Below, one piece after another: positions 1-13,200 of a stretch of 64,000 bases of DNA (position 1 is its first letter; each line of letters begins with the position of its first letter). The position numbers and the translations under genes were made by a program. Where the stretch lies: contig NW_027271283.1 in NCBI RefSeq assembly GCF_040938485.1, forward strand, positions 1,426,001 to 1,490,000, written 5' to 3'. The notes below the pieces were generated by a model that saw only the letters and a program-made list of their open reading frames with translations, ran no database searches and was not told the origin of the DNA. This DNA comes from Diadema antillarum. Its lineage: Eukaryota.

Positions 1-190
1 TGTCAAGGATTCCTTCCTGCAGAAATGAGATTCTTAGCATAATATCTTCACATTTCTATACACTGTATTTGTATAACGAAAACAATAACCAGCTGTGGTA
101 AGAATGAATCAACAACTTTCAATCTGTGTCTTGATCAGTGATCAGTGACTGACCTGTAGAATGAACACAACATCAACTCCAATTGCTAAC

Positions 191-3100
191 CTTCGTCATC
201 ATAAAATCCATTCTCCTCCTTCTCTTCATTTTCTTCTCCCTCCTCCTCATCTTCGTCCATATTGAATGACAGCGTGCCTGCATTCTTGTGCTTCCTCCTT
301 CTCTTACCAGACTTGTCCGACCTATAAAGAACATAGACCTGGAAGTGGTGAATCTGGCCAGCATTCCTCTACACAGTTAATGATAGCGAGCTTTAAATTT
401 GCAACATGAACGCTAAAATGAAGCAGCCTCATGAGTTGGACAATGGAAACACCTATCTCCACATGTGCAGAACACCATTTCTTGCCTAATTAGCATCATC
501 TTAGTGTTTGCATTGCAGACCTAAAGCTCGCTACCATTACAAGGAAGAGGCACAGGTAGAATGGTGTGTAGAACTAAGTCTTGCATAGCTTAAACAAACA
601 AAAAACAAACAAATTACAGCAACTATCTTAGTTGTTTACCTGTTAACAACTAATGACAAAAATTTAGTAATTAAGTTGTATCACAACTCACTTGCTGTAC
701 ATACATGCATATAAATTACTTCTAAATGTAATTTATTCTCTTTATGTACATTAAAACACTTAGTGTCTCTAGGATCAATATATACATACATATATATCCA
801 CAAAATAATGAAGAGGCAAGTAGAATACCCAGGTAATAGGAAAGGGAAATTAAAGAAAGCAAAGTGAGAGACAAATAAGCATCATTTTAAAGACGAAAAT
901 CAACCATCACTGGGATGCAATATAATTTTTCATTTCATCAGAACTAAACTTTGTTTGTTCCATTCTCATTAAGAGGTTCTACATTGGTCAAGAGTTTTTC
1001 AACTAAAACTTGTAGTCACTTTAGCCACAGAACTACATGTTGATTCAACTTAAGATTTTGTTTTAAGTGGAAGGCTGTTTGCATTAAAATGTGAGAAATA
1101 TATACATTGTATGTAACATAAAGTTATTTTACTTTATCAGTAAGCATATACAGAATACGCATACATTTAAACATAACCATAAATCTGGTGATTATCTGTT
1201 TCATTTGAATACCCTTCAGAGTTACAGTCATTATTAGCAGTACGACAATGAGAATTATGGATATACAGTTCTGCCCTAGTGCAGCGCATGACTTACGATG
1301 ACTTGATCGACTGGGCAAGCTCTTTCTCACGCTCTTTCAGCAAGTTATCTCGCTTTGACCTCATCTGGTCAAGGGTAACAAGACCTAGTGAAGCACAAAA
1401 CAAATGTAATGTATAAAACATATAACCCCTAATTTCTATGGAGACTACAGGACACAGATTACACTGTATGCATCGGTCTTGCTAAAACAGGCAGCTCTAC
1501 CTCTAATATAGCGGTATGTAAACCTGTGTCCACTTACTGCATGTCATTATACATAATGATACTGGTACTTTTAATATGACTATTTTTTTTAATGAATTTC
1601 AATGCATGAATTAGGATGAATAATTACCTTCCTTTTATGAAGAGCGGGATGGTCAGGTGATATCCTAATTGAATTAGAATCTTCATGTACCAGGTACCAG
1701 GATTTGTACTGTTCCATCATGTCTTTGACATCATTTTTCTCAGTAGCTACTGCCTACTGGGCACTGGGTCTTGAGTCTATTCAGATCCTGGAAGGATTTA
1801 CAGTCAACAGGTTCATATCTACTTTCAACTTTGCTACAACACAAGATAGTTTCTTAGCATTTCTAAGATGAGCTCTTTACCAATGGTGCTGCTCTTGAGT
1901 TGCTGCTCCACTGCATCATAATGAGCTGAAAATTTCGCACTGATTGTAGCGACCCTGCTGACATTGTCCTGTGTGAGAAGAGAAAGGAACAAGAAACCAA
2001 ATGCTTCTTTACTCTATTGGAACAACAGATGTACCGGGTGTGAGCATTGCCAGATTGCATACGGTAACACTAACAGTGAAATTAGTTTTTCAAACAGGCA
2101 AAAAACAACAAAACTTTTGTGAGAAAACCGGCGATTTGGTAAAGTATGTACCCAGTAGCTTTATAAAAGGAGGAAAAAAAGAAAAGTTATTTGAGTTTGT
2201 TTACAATGTTTCAAGACACCATATGTCATGCAAAAAATGTGCGCAATAGAGCAGATTTTACACTTACTTGCAAGATTCGATATCTGTCTCAGATATTAAC
2301 TTTGTCAGTCATACAAGAGTTTCACTGTCGATTGACTCGATAGTCTAGTCTTACTCTCTAATGAATATCAATTATCGTATAGTCGCCACTTGCGTGTATT
2401 TCTTATGCACTCCCGGGTTGGCAAATTAACGCTAGACACAGAATTAGTTCGCCGCCCATAGTGTGCCACGTATTGATATCAGCGCGTGTTATACACACAC
2501 TTCAATGTAGGACTAAGATTTACTGCGACCAGCCCCATACGCATAGCGTTATGGGGCTGCGGACTGTAGCATTCAGGATCGTGACTAGGTAGTATCGCGC
2601 CCAAATATCAACTTTAAATCGAAAAATTTATTCAATTTGAAGACTTACCAGTGAAGCTGAAGTATTGACAACAGGGTTCGTGCAACGATTGGTTCTGTCA
2701 ATAGTCCCTTTCTGTTCGAATTGATGACTTAATGTGACTCGGTCGAGAGAAACCTGGGAAAGCTACACTGAATTGACGGCCAGCGCATGCGCATACAGAC
2801 ATCTTATCCAGTCAATGGATTAGAAATTTGTGCGCATGCGCTGGCCGTCAATTCAGTGTGGCTCTCCCAGGTTTCTCTCGACCGAGTCACATTAAGTCAT
2901 CAATTCGAACAGAAAGGGACTATTGACAGAACCAAACGTTGCACGAAGCCTATTGTCAATACTTCAACTTTACTGGTAAGTCTTCAAATTGAATAAATTT
3001 TTCGATTTAAAGTTGATATTTGGGCGCGATACTACGTAGTCACGATCCTGAATGCTACAGTCCGTAGCCCAATTACGCTATGCGTATGGGGCTGCTGGTC

Positions 3101-3827
3101 GCAGTTAGACTAAGATGTATTGTATGGTACACATCATCGCGTTTGAAAAACTTTGTTAATCTGCCACCTGAAATCCATTCGAAATCAAAATCATTCTCGC
3201 ATTGAAAATGGTTTTATGACCTGTTACACAAGGTAAAATACATTTGGATTAGAAGTTTACAATTATTTGTGTTTTTATGGAGGAAAAAGGTGAAACGTTA
3301 TATCAAATTTACCACATCATGGCGACATTTTCCTGCAATCACACTGTCACAGAAATCGAATAAGATTAAAAACTTGCTAACCAGCAAATTATCTCCATTT
3401 AGATACTCTACTTGGGACTCGAATGGCGCCCCTTATTTGTCAGCTATTCAAAACACAAAACATTAGCAACACACAACACGCAACACTCAGCATGAAAACT
3501 GTGTCTGTGTAAAACATAAACACTGTCTGAATTATACTCTGATGTCACCGAACAAAAACAGTTCAGACACATGCACAGCTCACAGCACAGCTTACACAGT
3601 CAGTTGTGTGTAAATGCAATGGCCATGATGGCCATCCATCGAGCCTCTTTTATTATTGGCTGCAACTGAATGAACAATAAAACTTTACATTTGATATTCT
3701 AGATTTCCGTTCGTACCTGTTCAATCTTCTGCTTCAGCCGTTCTAATTCCTCTCTCTGTTTTTCTCGTTTCATCAAAAGCTGGCGAACTCTGCCAGCTTC
3801 GCTTGCAGCTCCCTTGTATTCAGCCAT
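191..3827 (-). CDS. FAM50A: FAM50/XAP5 nuclear protein, first four coding exons (3827-3717, 1968-1881, 1384-1297, 321-191); gene continues beyond window start
   Basis: Spliced translation [37 protein letters not shown]|[29 protein letters not shown]|[29 protein letters not shown]|[27 protein letters not shown] matches the FAM50A N-terminus ([13 protein letters not shown]...[23 protein letters not shown]). GT-AG introns with consistent phases 0,1,2. Confidence 0.95.
2520..3107. mobile_element. Foldback MITE, Mutator-like, in FAM50 intron 1
   Basis: About 275-bp near-perfect inverted arms around a short spacer (about 2794-2830); 9-bp TSD GACTAAGAT at 2511-2519 and 3108-3116. Confidence 0.9.
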
Positions 3828-4258
3828 CTTGCAAGTGTGTACGGTAAGCAAAAGACGTCCTTTACGTCAGTAGAGGTCCCAATGATTGCGTTGTTTTGTG
3901 TTTTATCACTCTGTCAAATGTAACACGGAAAGTTCCTTTACGTCTTTTTGTACCGAATTACATAGAAATTATATGTTTAATACAAACACAGGAGTGAGAA
4001 AAATCTTCATAACTATCGATTTACGCTCCATACTCCAGACTCTAACTTTATAAAAACATACTGGTACTGCCTAGATATTAAAGCATTCCATACATATTAC
4101 GTATGTTGGCTACAGTTATTACGTACCGCGTACCGCACTCGTACATGTATACTGCGCGTGTACGTACGTGCATGTTGGAGCTACACTGTAGGATTACGGA
4201 GCGGAGAAGGAACCAAGCCCAACATTCGACATAGGAATTAAATCATCCGGTTTCCACC
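3828..4258. promoter_or_regulatory. Bidirectional promoter shared by FAM50 and ACAD9
   Basis: Divergent start codons 431 bp apart; locally CpG-richer, with a CGGAAA ETS-like core and palindromic CGTACG-rich tract at about 4120-4175. Confidence 0.75.
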
Positions 4259-7200
4259 ATGTTTAGTCCCAGCATTCGAAATATTCAAAACATTCGTGCA
4301 TTAATTCGAGTAAGAACAGTTTCTGGACTGCAAACTGATGTTGTCAGGTCTGTTGGTTGCTGGCAAAATGGCAAAAAGGGCAAAGACATCGGCTCACAGA
4401 CCTGGTCATCGAGACCTCTCCGTGGTCGGGAAACTTCCCCGGCGGGAGCTGGAGTGCGATGGCTAACTACTACCGCAGCTTCTGCGCAGCAGGAACAAGC
4501 GGCACCGTCAGTTGGTTTCGCGAAGAACTTGTGCCTTGGGAAGTTCAACAAGGTTAATATTAATGGAGATTGTTTTTCTTTTGTTGTCATTTGTTTATAC
4601 AGCAGCAATCCCACAACTCAGCTACGCGCTACCAACATGCAACAAACTTGATAATGATGTTGCAGTGCGGTATCGTTGGCATTGCATAATGTGGGGGTCT
4701 TGTGAAGGTCATCTTGAGGTACGGGATATCTTGTCATCAAACTTAATATTTACAACGTTGTTTTCCTTTGTAGGTCCTACATTGTACAAGCATTTGTAAT
4801 TTCTTGCTTTAGGCCTACTATTACTTTCTTGGCGTGTAGCAATTGCTTCGTTTTGTAGGGTTTTTTTTTCTTGTAGTACGAGTTTAGCACCATTTTTGTC
4901 AGAATTGATAATATTGATGATTGTCATTGATAATAAGAATTTGCAATTGTTTTTCTTTTTTTTTGGGGGGGGGTGTTTGTTTGATTGTTGTTGTTTTTTT
5001 GAGGTTTTTTTTTTTTTGCTTTTGCTTTTATTTTGTTTTGTTTATTTGTTTGTTTGTTTGTCCCTTTTTTTTTTGCCAGTGGTGGATGCTATTATTGGTA
5101 TTAATGTTTCCCCAGATCCCTTTTTGTGTCAGGAAAGTTATAGGGAAGCCTGGCAAGCTGCAATAAACTTCATTTTACCGTTTCATGTGAATTAATTCAG
5201 GAAAAAATAGGTGATCAAAGTACGTAGCGTACATTGCTTTTTAACTATTCACAGCCTTCTTGTTGTACAGACTCCTTGTTGCGCACGGTGCCTGGTCCAG
5301 GGGCTAATTGCTTTTGTACAGTAGTTTGTCAAAATGAAAAGAAAATTTATGCTGGTATAAGTAAACTGTGCACTGAAAATTTTTTACACAGTACAAATTA
5401 GACACTTGCATGAGAATTCAAGTTTCAACTTGAAAAAAGCAACCTGTTGATTATGATTGATGTGCTGTGATACCCCATATTTTGTCAAAGAGATACGAGG
5501 GAAAAATAAATGTGTATTTTAATCATATTATTTTCTGTTAGGCTTCACAATGAAATTGATATGTTGGCAATCAACCAAGTTTGTATCTTTCCAGAGTACA
5601 ATTATGACTGTAGCGATTCTGTCACTTGGCATTTGTGGTAACATGTAATTACATTATATGAATATGAATTGCCATACATGTATTGACCATTCAGCTCAAA
5701 ACTCACAAAAAGTTTTTAAGGATTCTGTAATGGGCCGAAATATGTTATTTGGCTGTTATTATGTTATTGTGTGTCTTAAATCCAAAATTTGGTGGCTTAC
5801 AACAAAACCTAAGTTGAGCTATTGGCAGTTTTGTTTTTGACAGGTGCTGCTTTCACTGAGTGTGAAATAGAACACATTTTCATTGATACTTCTGCACAGA
5901 TTGCCCGAGTGACCCAAAACCTATGAATCCTCTCTTCTCCCTTCTCTACGAAACTACAACCCTAGCTCTCTCTTATTTCAATTCTTTTTTGAATGGGTGA
6001 GGATGGTCCAATTTTTACAAGTCACACACTGTATCATAGCACAACTCTGTAAAACTCTTTTTAACTGAACTCCCCTAAACTACAGACAACAGTATATGTA
6101 CAAAAGTGTAAATAAATTTTGGCCTGCTTTTTTGTTGGTTTTGAGTTGATCAGTCACCTTCATGTATATCATGCAATGAACACTTCTGAGAAGTATTTTG
6201 AAGTTTGAAGTATTTTATTAACAAACAACAGTTCAGAATAGATGAATGATGTCTTGAACTGGTCTTCCTTTTTCACTCATAATGCAGGGAGGGAATATAC
6301 AATTGTACTCTGTATATTACTTTGTTGAAAACACTTATGAATGATATTTAGAAATTCCTAATATGCCTCTTCAGTACATCTCAATTCCATCACCAGCCAC
6401 ATACACACCTACTCATTGGAGTCTGTAGAACATATTTGTAAGTTCGTGATAATCAGCTTGAACTATATTGCCAGATTTGGATATCATCAAAAAGGCAGAT
6501 GATATTTATCAATACACTTTGCCCTCTCTAATTAGATATCAGATAAAGTCCAACCGATTTGTTTTTCTAAGAGATTACTATCATGTATTTCTAGGTTGTT
6601 AATTTTATTAAGTGACTATGTTTATTAAAGTTTATAACTATACAACATGTCCAATGTTGTGTAGAAAACTAAATTTCTTATCTGCTTTACATTTGTAATT
6701 TTATTTGGGTTTGACAGGATGTCTTTGTAGTCTTAATTTTGAATCATCTGATTTAATGTCCCATGGTGATTAATTTCAGATCCAGTAGTATGAGAAAACA
6801 TGGCTGGTCAGATTTAATCAATCTTCATTAGCTGCACAACAGGGTACATTACAAATTAGAAAACCATGTGTGAATAGCACCCGTCAGTATGAATAATGTG
6901 CAAATATTCATTAAAGCATAATATGCTCACAACAGTAACAGTCGACTCCAATTGAGGTTTTTGGGCTGTGTATCTGTATGCGTAGAGATCAGTGGCAAAG
7001 CTGTACACAATTTTTTCAGGGGATTATTGCAATAAAAAGAAATCCAAGCCAGGCCAGCCTTCCAACTTCATGCATGTAACATCTCCGTGCTACAGGGTCT
7101 TTAAAGCAGTTGATTCTGTATTGTTCATAATGAACACTATGTTCAGAGAAAAATCAATGTATCCTTGATTTTTAGTGAAGAACAGATCTTTGTCAACATG

Positions 7201-10200
7201 TTCAATTGACCTTAAACTCATGATTGTCAAATATGTTGCACAATCATGTCTTCTTGATATTCTCAAATTCTGTAATAACTAGGGGGATAAAAAAATTACA
7301 ATCATACCACTTTCATCTAGTGTACCTGGAAATGTCTTCATCATCATTACTATTATACATTGCAATTTATTCATTTTTCTTCTTATATCAAAGGATGATG
7401 CCTTCCCTTTCCCAGAAATTTCAGTGGAGCAGTTTGAGAATCTCAACCAAATGTGTGATCCCATTGAAAAGTTCTTCACAGAAGAAGGTTTGTTTCACTC
7501 TTTTATCCTGTCAGTATATTTGTTTTATGACAGTGAAAAATATTTATATATGCATGGTTGCAATGAAGTTAAGACGATTTTACTTCAAGCCCGATTCCCT
7601 ACTTCTGAAAATTATTATCTGGCAGGATATCTAGTTTCCATGCAATTTTTGTGTAGTTTGTTTGATGTGAGACAGTCATTATAGCTTTATTGTTAAGATC
7701 CTCCTATTAAAAGTAAATAAATCAAAAGCATATTTTTGCCTAACAAGGGAAGGTACCGGGTAGTTTTGTTGTTGTTTTTAGCGGAAAATAAGCATTTTTA
7801 TATGATCATTGAAATATGATTGTACTTGAATTATTGTCTTTGATAAAGCTAATCTAGAGGAAATGATTTATTAAATCCCAGATGCAATTTAACCTATGAG
7901 AAGTTGTGAATATAATAATGATGACTGGATCATTTTTGCTGAATTTCCTGAAACTTTGTATAATTGTCTTCCAGTGGATTCCAAGACTATTGACGTCAAT
8001 GCCAAGATTGATGAGAAGACTTTGCAGGGACTGAAAGAGTTGGGTCTCTTTGGCCAGCAGGTGCCGGAACAGTATGGTAAGAAGTTAATTGTTCTGTCTC
8101 ACTTTTTGTGTCTCTTTTCCCAAAGTACACTGGAAGCAATTATATTATGTGTGAGTGTTTTAGCGTCTTTCAGTCTTACTTGCCTTTGATAACTTGTGTC
8201 CTTCGTTAACCTTATATGTGCTAGGGGCTTTGGACAGGGTGTACAGTGCTGTGGGGTTTTGTGTGCCAATTGGCACTCAAAGCACACAAAAGGTTAACAA
8301 CAAAAAAACCCAGAAATCCCTTGGATGACTTTATCATAAATTGCAACATTTTGGATGAGGGCAAGTCCAAGATACATTATGTAAGGTCCCCTCAGAAGGC
8401 AAAATTTCATCTTTGCTCAATATTGACATATTTGGTATTATTTTGAAGCTTATGAGTCTAGTTTTGATTTCCATGGAGGAAATAATGATATTATGTAAAT
8501 TTATGCAAATTTCAAGGGCTTCATTGGCATAAATGTAAAACACAGCGTTACGTATGGGACATTTATAAAAATTCATATTTATTCAAAGGAAAGCAAATGA
8601 TATTTGATTAATATGTGGACATAAGAAGTTCATCAAATAGTTTAACTTGGTATGAAGATTTAGGGATTATGCAAATGATTATGCAAATTAGCTCGTGTCC
8701 TATCATGAGATGTCCCATACGTAACAAAATGAGGTCATATCTTTAGGTTTTTTCTGAAATTGCTCAGGTTATTTGAATGCCCTTTTGGAAAGTTCTAATT
8801 TATTGTTTAGAGAAATTAAATACCATAGAAAAAAGAAAAAACAGTAAAAGAAATATTTTTTATTAGGCATTGAAATAATGTTACGTATGGGACATCCTCA
8901 TATATATTGCATGTAAATGCATGTAGCTAGCTGGGAAGGTCTCTCAGTACACAAATGGTCAATCATCCTGAAGAAAGCATCCCAAGTTTGTAGTTTTTTT
9001 TAAAGTTACAGACACTTGAAACAATACATGTACTTGACTGAACAATTTTCAGAAAGGGGGATGGGAAGATGGCAAAATACACTTATGAAAATAAGCATTA
9101 AAGGGATGGTATAGTTTTTGTAGAAATGGGGATTCGGTTTTCAACATTTTATGAGATGACTGGAAACCAATAATATGAATTACTAAAGAGCATACAATTC
9201 TAAGACTAGAGGAATTCAAAGTTAATTTGATGGAGATCCAATTTGAAACGGTTAGAGTAAGTAAAATGATTCTTTTTTTATTGCAAGTGATACACAAATT
9301 GTCCTTATTCAGTTATCAATAGTAGCCACAACAAAATTCATGCATATACATTGTACATACTGAGGTGTGACTCAAATCAATGACCTGATGCTAGACAGAC
9401 ATCATACATACGACTGGAAGTCCACGCATCAGGTATTGCTTATCTATTAAAATTAATACAGAAATTTCTTGTGTCAAGTTGTTTTTTATTGAAACTAAAT
9501 GGCAAACTGCCCTTCATCAATGGAAGTACACACGTTAAACTATTCAATTTTTTAGAAGTAACTATCCTGATAAAACTAGGGCATACATACTCAGGTTGGT
9601 CATAAAAAATATAGAATATGATTATGATGGTAAATATTTGGGGGATATTGTTCACTTGACAATCTGGATCAGTATTTGAGTAATTTCAACTGATTCCACC
9701 TCAATAATTATGCAAAAATTTGTTTATGGGTATTTTGCAAAATTGTTTTGCAAAATACCCGTAAACATGGTTCTCCACACACTAAACGAATGGGGGACAA
9801 AGGGCATGCATACTTAGGTTGGTCATAAAAATATAAAAATATGATTGAATATGACTATGATGGTGAATATTTGGGGAATATTGTTTTCTTGACAATCTGG
9901 ATCAGTATTTGAGTAGTTTCAACTGATTTTACTTCAATAATTATGCGAAATACCCATAAACATGGTTTTCCACACACTAAATGAATGGGGGACAAAGTGT
10001 CCCATACGTAACTGTCCCATACATAACACGTCAGGTCTGTCTGTAATTAGAACCTGTAATTAGAGCTTTTTGCCTAATGACATGAAACTTACCTGTGATA
10101 ATCTTGAGTGTTGTGACTTTCATCACAGTGAGTTACAAGTTGTAGAATGAAACACTTTCAGAGAGTTTTGAGGTTGAAAAAAATGTTCCAAAAAACAAAA

Positions 10201-13200
10201 TTTTTCTGGTCCCATATGTAACGGCACATATTTTCTTTTCTAGAATATAATTGTCAAGGTCATTCTTCTCAATTTTTTAAATGATTATACTTCTCCTTGA
10301 TATCAATCACCATGATAAAGTTCAATATGATCAAAGGCCATTAACACTATTTTTCAGGTCATAAAAGTCTCTGAATGTCCCGTACGTAACGCGCGTGTTA
10401 TCTTGGACTTGCCCATGACTGTACGTATGTGAGTGGATGTTCTTGACAAATTTGTACATGGTCAAAAGTTGAAGATCTTGCACTGAGTCTGTCACAATCT
10501 GTAACTGCAGCTAATAACTGGTAGGACCTGTAATACTCATTTCAGTTGGTAGGAAATTAGTATATAATGCTAATTTCAATTCAGTTGGTAGGGAATTTAA
10601 CAGGCAATGAATAATGGGAGGGGAAAAAAAATCACTGAGCAACAAAAGGTGAAACTTCAGGATCAGTCACGCATGAACTCTGAGCACAATTTGAGCTTCT
10701 ATCTTTGAATTAAAGCATAAATTATATGATTTATTAGATTTTTTTCTTGTTAAGAGCTCTTCCTCTGTGTGTGTGTTTTCTTTTGAATGTGAAATATAAT
10801 TTGGTAATTTTGCTTTCTATTTTTTATCTTCATTTCCTAATCTTGTAGGTGGCTTGGGCTTGTCCAACACTGAGTTTGCTAGATTAGCAGAAATAACGGC
10901 TCTTGATGGTGCAGTAGCCGTGACACTAGCTGCTCATCAATCTATTGGATTTAAGGTAAATTTATTCTGATGCTATATGATCAAGTCTGCATGCACCTGT
11001 AAAAAGGACTAGGATCCTGAATGGAAATTAATTAAAAGAACTGAACTTGAACTGTGATTTCAAAAGAAAAGTAACAGAGAGGAGTTCCGTGTTTGTATGT
11101 CATCTCTCTGACACACTTGATTTGAGAATTAAATGCACTTTTTAGAAGAGAGATATAGGGTTATGTACCCAAAGAAATAATGTGCATATGGTTAATAAAC
11201 AGTGGGTGGTATAGGATCTGTCATACCAGAATACAATGTATAATAACGTGATTGTGATATCATATTTATGTCAGATGTTGGATAGCAAGAAGAACATTCC
11301 TGTTGTGGGTGGAAAGCTTATGAAACTGACACTGCACACAGCTGCAAAAATGGTGCCTGGAAAATGGTATGATTATCATAAGGTGTCATTGAAGTATGGA
11401 GTATTGCATACTTGGGTTGACACTTAATGAAATTATTGTGTTTTTTATTAGGGCCTTCTGATTGCTGGCACTGAAGAGCAGAAAGCAAAGTATTTGCCAA
11501 GGCTGGCTACAGGGGAGCTGGTAGCAGCATTCTGCCTCACAGAGCCTTCCAGGTAAGAGTTTGCGTGTCTGTATGTCTGCCTGTCTGTATATCTCTGTTT
11601 CCGTGTGTGTGAGTGTTGGGTGTGTGTGTGTGTGTGTGTGTGCGTGTATATGTGTATGTGTTTGTGTTTGCTTGTGTGTACATGGTAACTGTTCCTCTTG
11701 TCCCTATTCTACCTATTTTACCAAAGGAAAAAAAAATGCCATCAATTGAAAACTTATAGTAAACCAACCTCTTTTGTCAAGATGGTTTTGAAGTGGGGAT
11801 TTGCCTTACTGCTCTCTTTGTCAGTCATTGCTTTTGTGTGAGAATGTGGGAAGTTTTTACAGGTGGCTTAAGGGAACCATGCCTTTCAAATCAGACTCGG
11901 TGGTTTCGTTCCAATTGATGATTAATACCGTTGTTCCTTATAAGTCTAAACCCACAAAAACTTGCAGATTACATTGTAGGATTCTCTGTAATAGACCAAA
12001 ATATGTTATTTGGGTTGACGAACTCTTAATTTTCTCTGTTTGTCTTACCTGGGACTGGGAGAGTAATCTTTTCTCTACCTGGTGTCAATATTTTAGTGGT
12101 TCAAAATAAAATTGAAATCGAGATATTTTCAGTTATTATTAGTTTCTAGGACAGGTGCTGCTTTCACTGAGAAGTAAAACATGTTTTGTTGGTACTTCTG
12201 CACTGCATGCTTGGGTGACCCTTAATCCTGAAATCCTCTTTTCTCCCTTTCTATGAAGCTGCACTTCTTAACTCTGTGTTATTTCAATCACTTGTTGAAT
12301 GGGTTAGGATGGTCCAATTTTAACAAGTTATAAAGCATTTTAAATCTCATAGCTTATTCTTTCAAACTATGTATAAACTTAAGGTCGAAATCTATATTTT
12401 GCCTACTTTTTTTTTTGGGGGGGGGGGGTTTGAGCTGGGCGGTAAATGTCATTTGTCAAACAAGTTGATGAAGATTTTTTAATAATTTCTCTATGACAGT
12501 GGAAGTGATGCTGCATCGATTCGCACCAAGGCGACGCTCAGCCCTGATGGAAAGCATTACCTCCTCAATGGCAGCAAGGTGATATTCTTCACTCCTATTT
12601 CCTGTTTGTGATGTATTAGCTATCTATATTGTACACAGTGAATTTTCACCATGGTTCTTCCAATACAGGGAGACCAGCAAGTGTCATCCTGGTTACCCGT
12701 TTCAGTGACCTTACAGCATTTGGTTGATATACAGTATATCTTTTGAGTGTAAAGCTTTTTAGACCATTAAATTGAATTTGCATTTTCCTGTCTGTAAGTG
12801 ATTATTTGTGTGTCTTTGAAATGAGAAGTTTCAGATTCGTGAAATGGGTTTGAGTAAAACAGGTAATTGATGTAATGCCAAGCAATGCAATATCTTGGTC
12901 GCTTTGTTATTTTTGTGTGCATAATGTGCTGATAGTAAACAAACCATCAGTTCATATCAAGTGCATCATGGGGAATCAGAAATTAACTTGTTACTGCCAT
13001 GTGATTTACTGTCATAACTGAATTGATTACCTGGGGATATGAACATCACCCAAAAGGAAAACACTTCTTAATATGAAATTGTGAGTAACAGTACATTTAA
13101 GGTATAATGATTCAGAGGTGTGAATGCATAAATGTACATCATACCATGCAGTAATATCTGACATTAACAACATTGTCGACACTTAATTTTTGTACTTGGA

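Noticed and set aside
4896-5195. Hydrophobic Phe/Leu-rich ORFs here and at other T-rich or microsatellite tracts
   Set aside because: Translation artefacts of poly-T, (TG)n, (AT)n and (AAG)n repeats.
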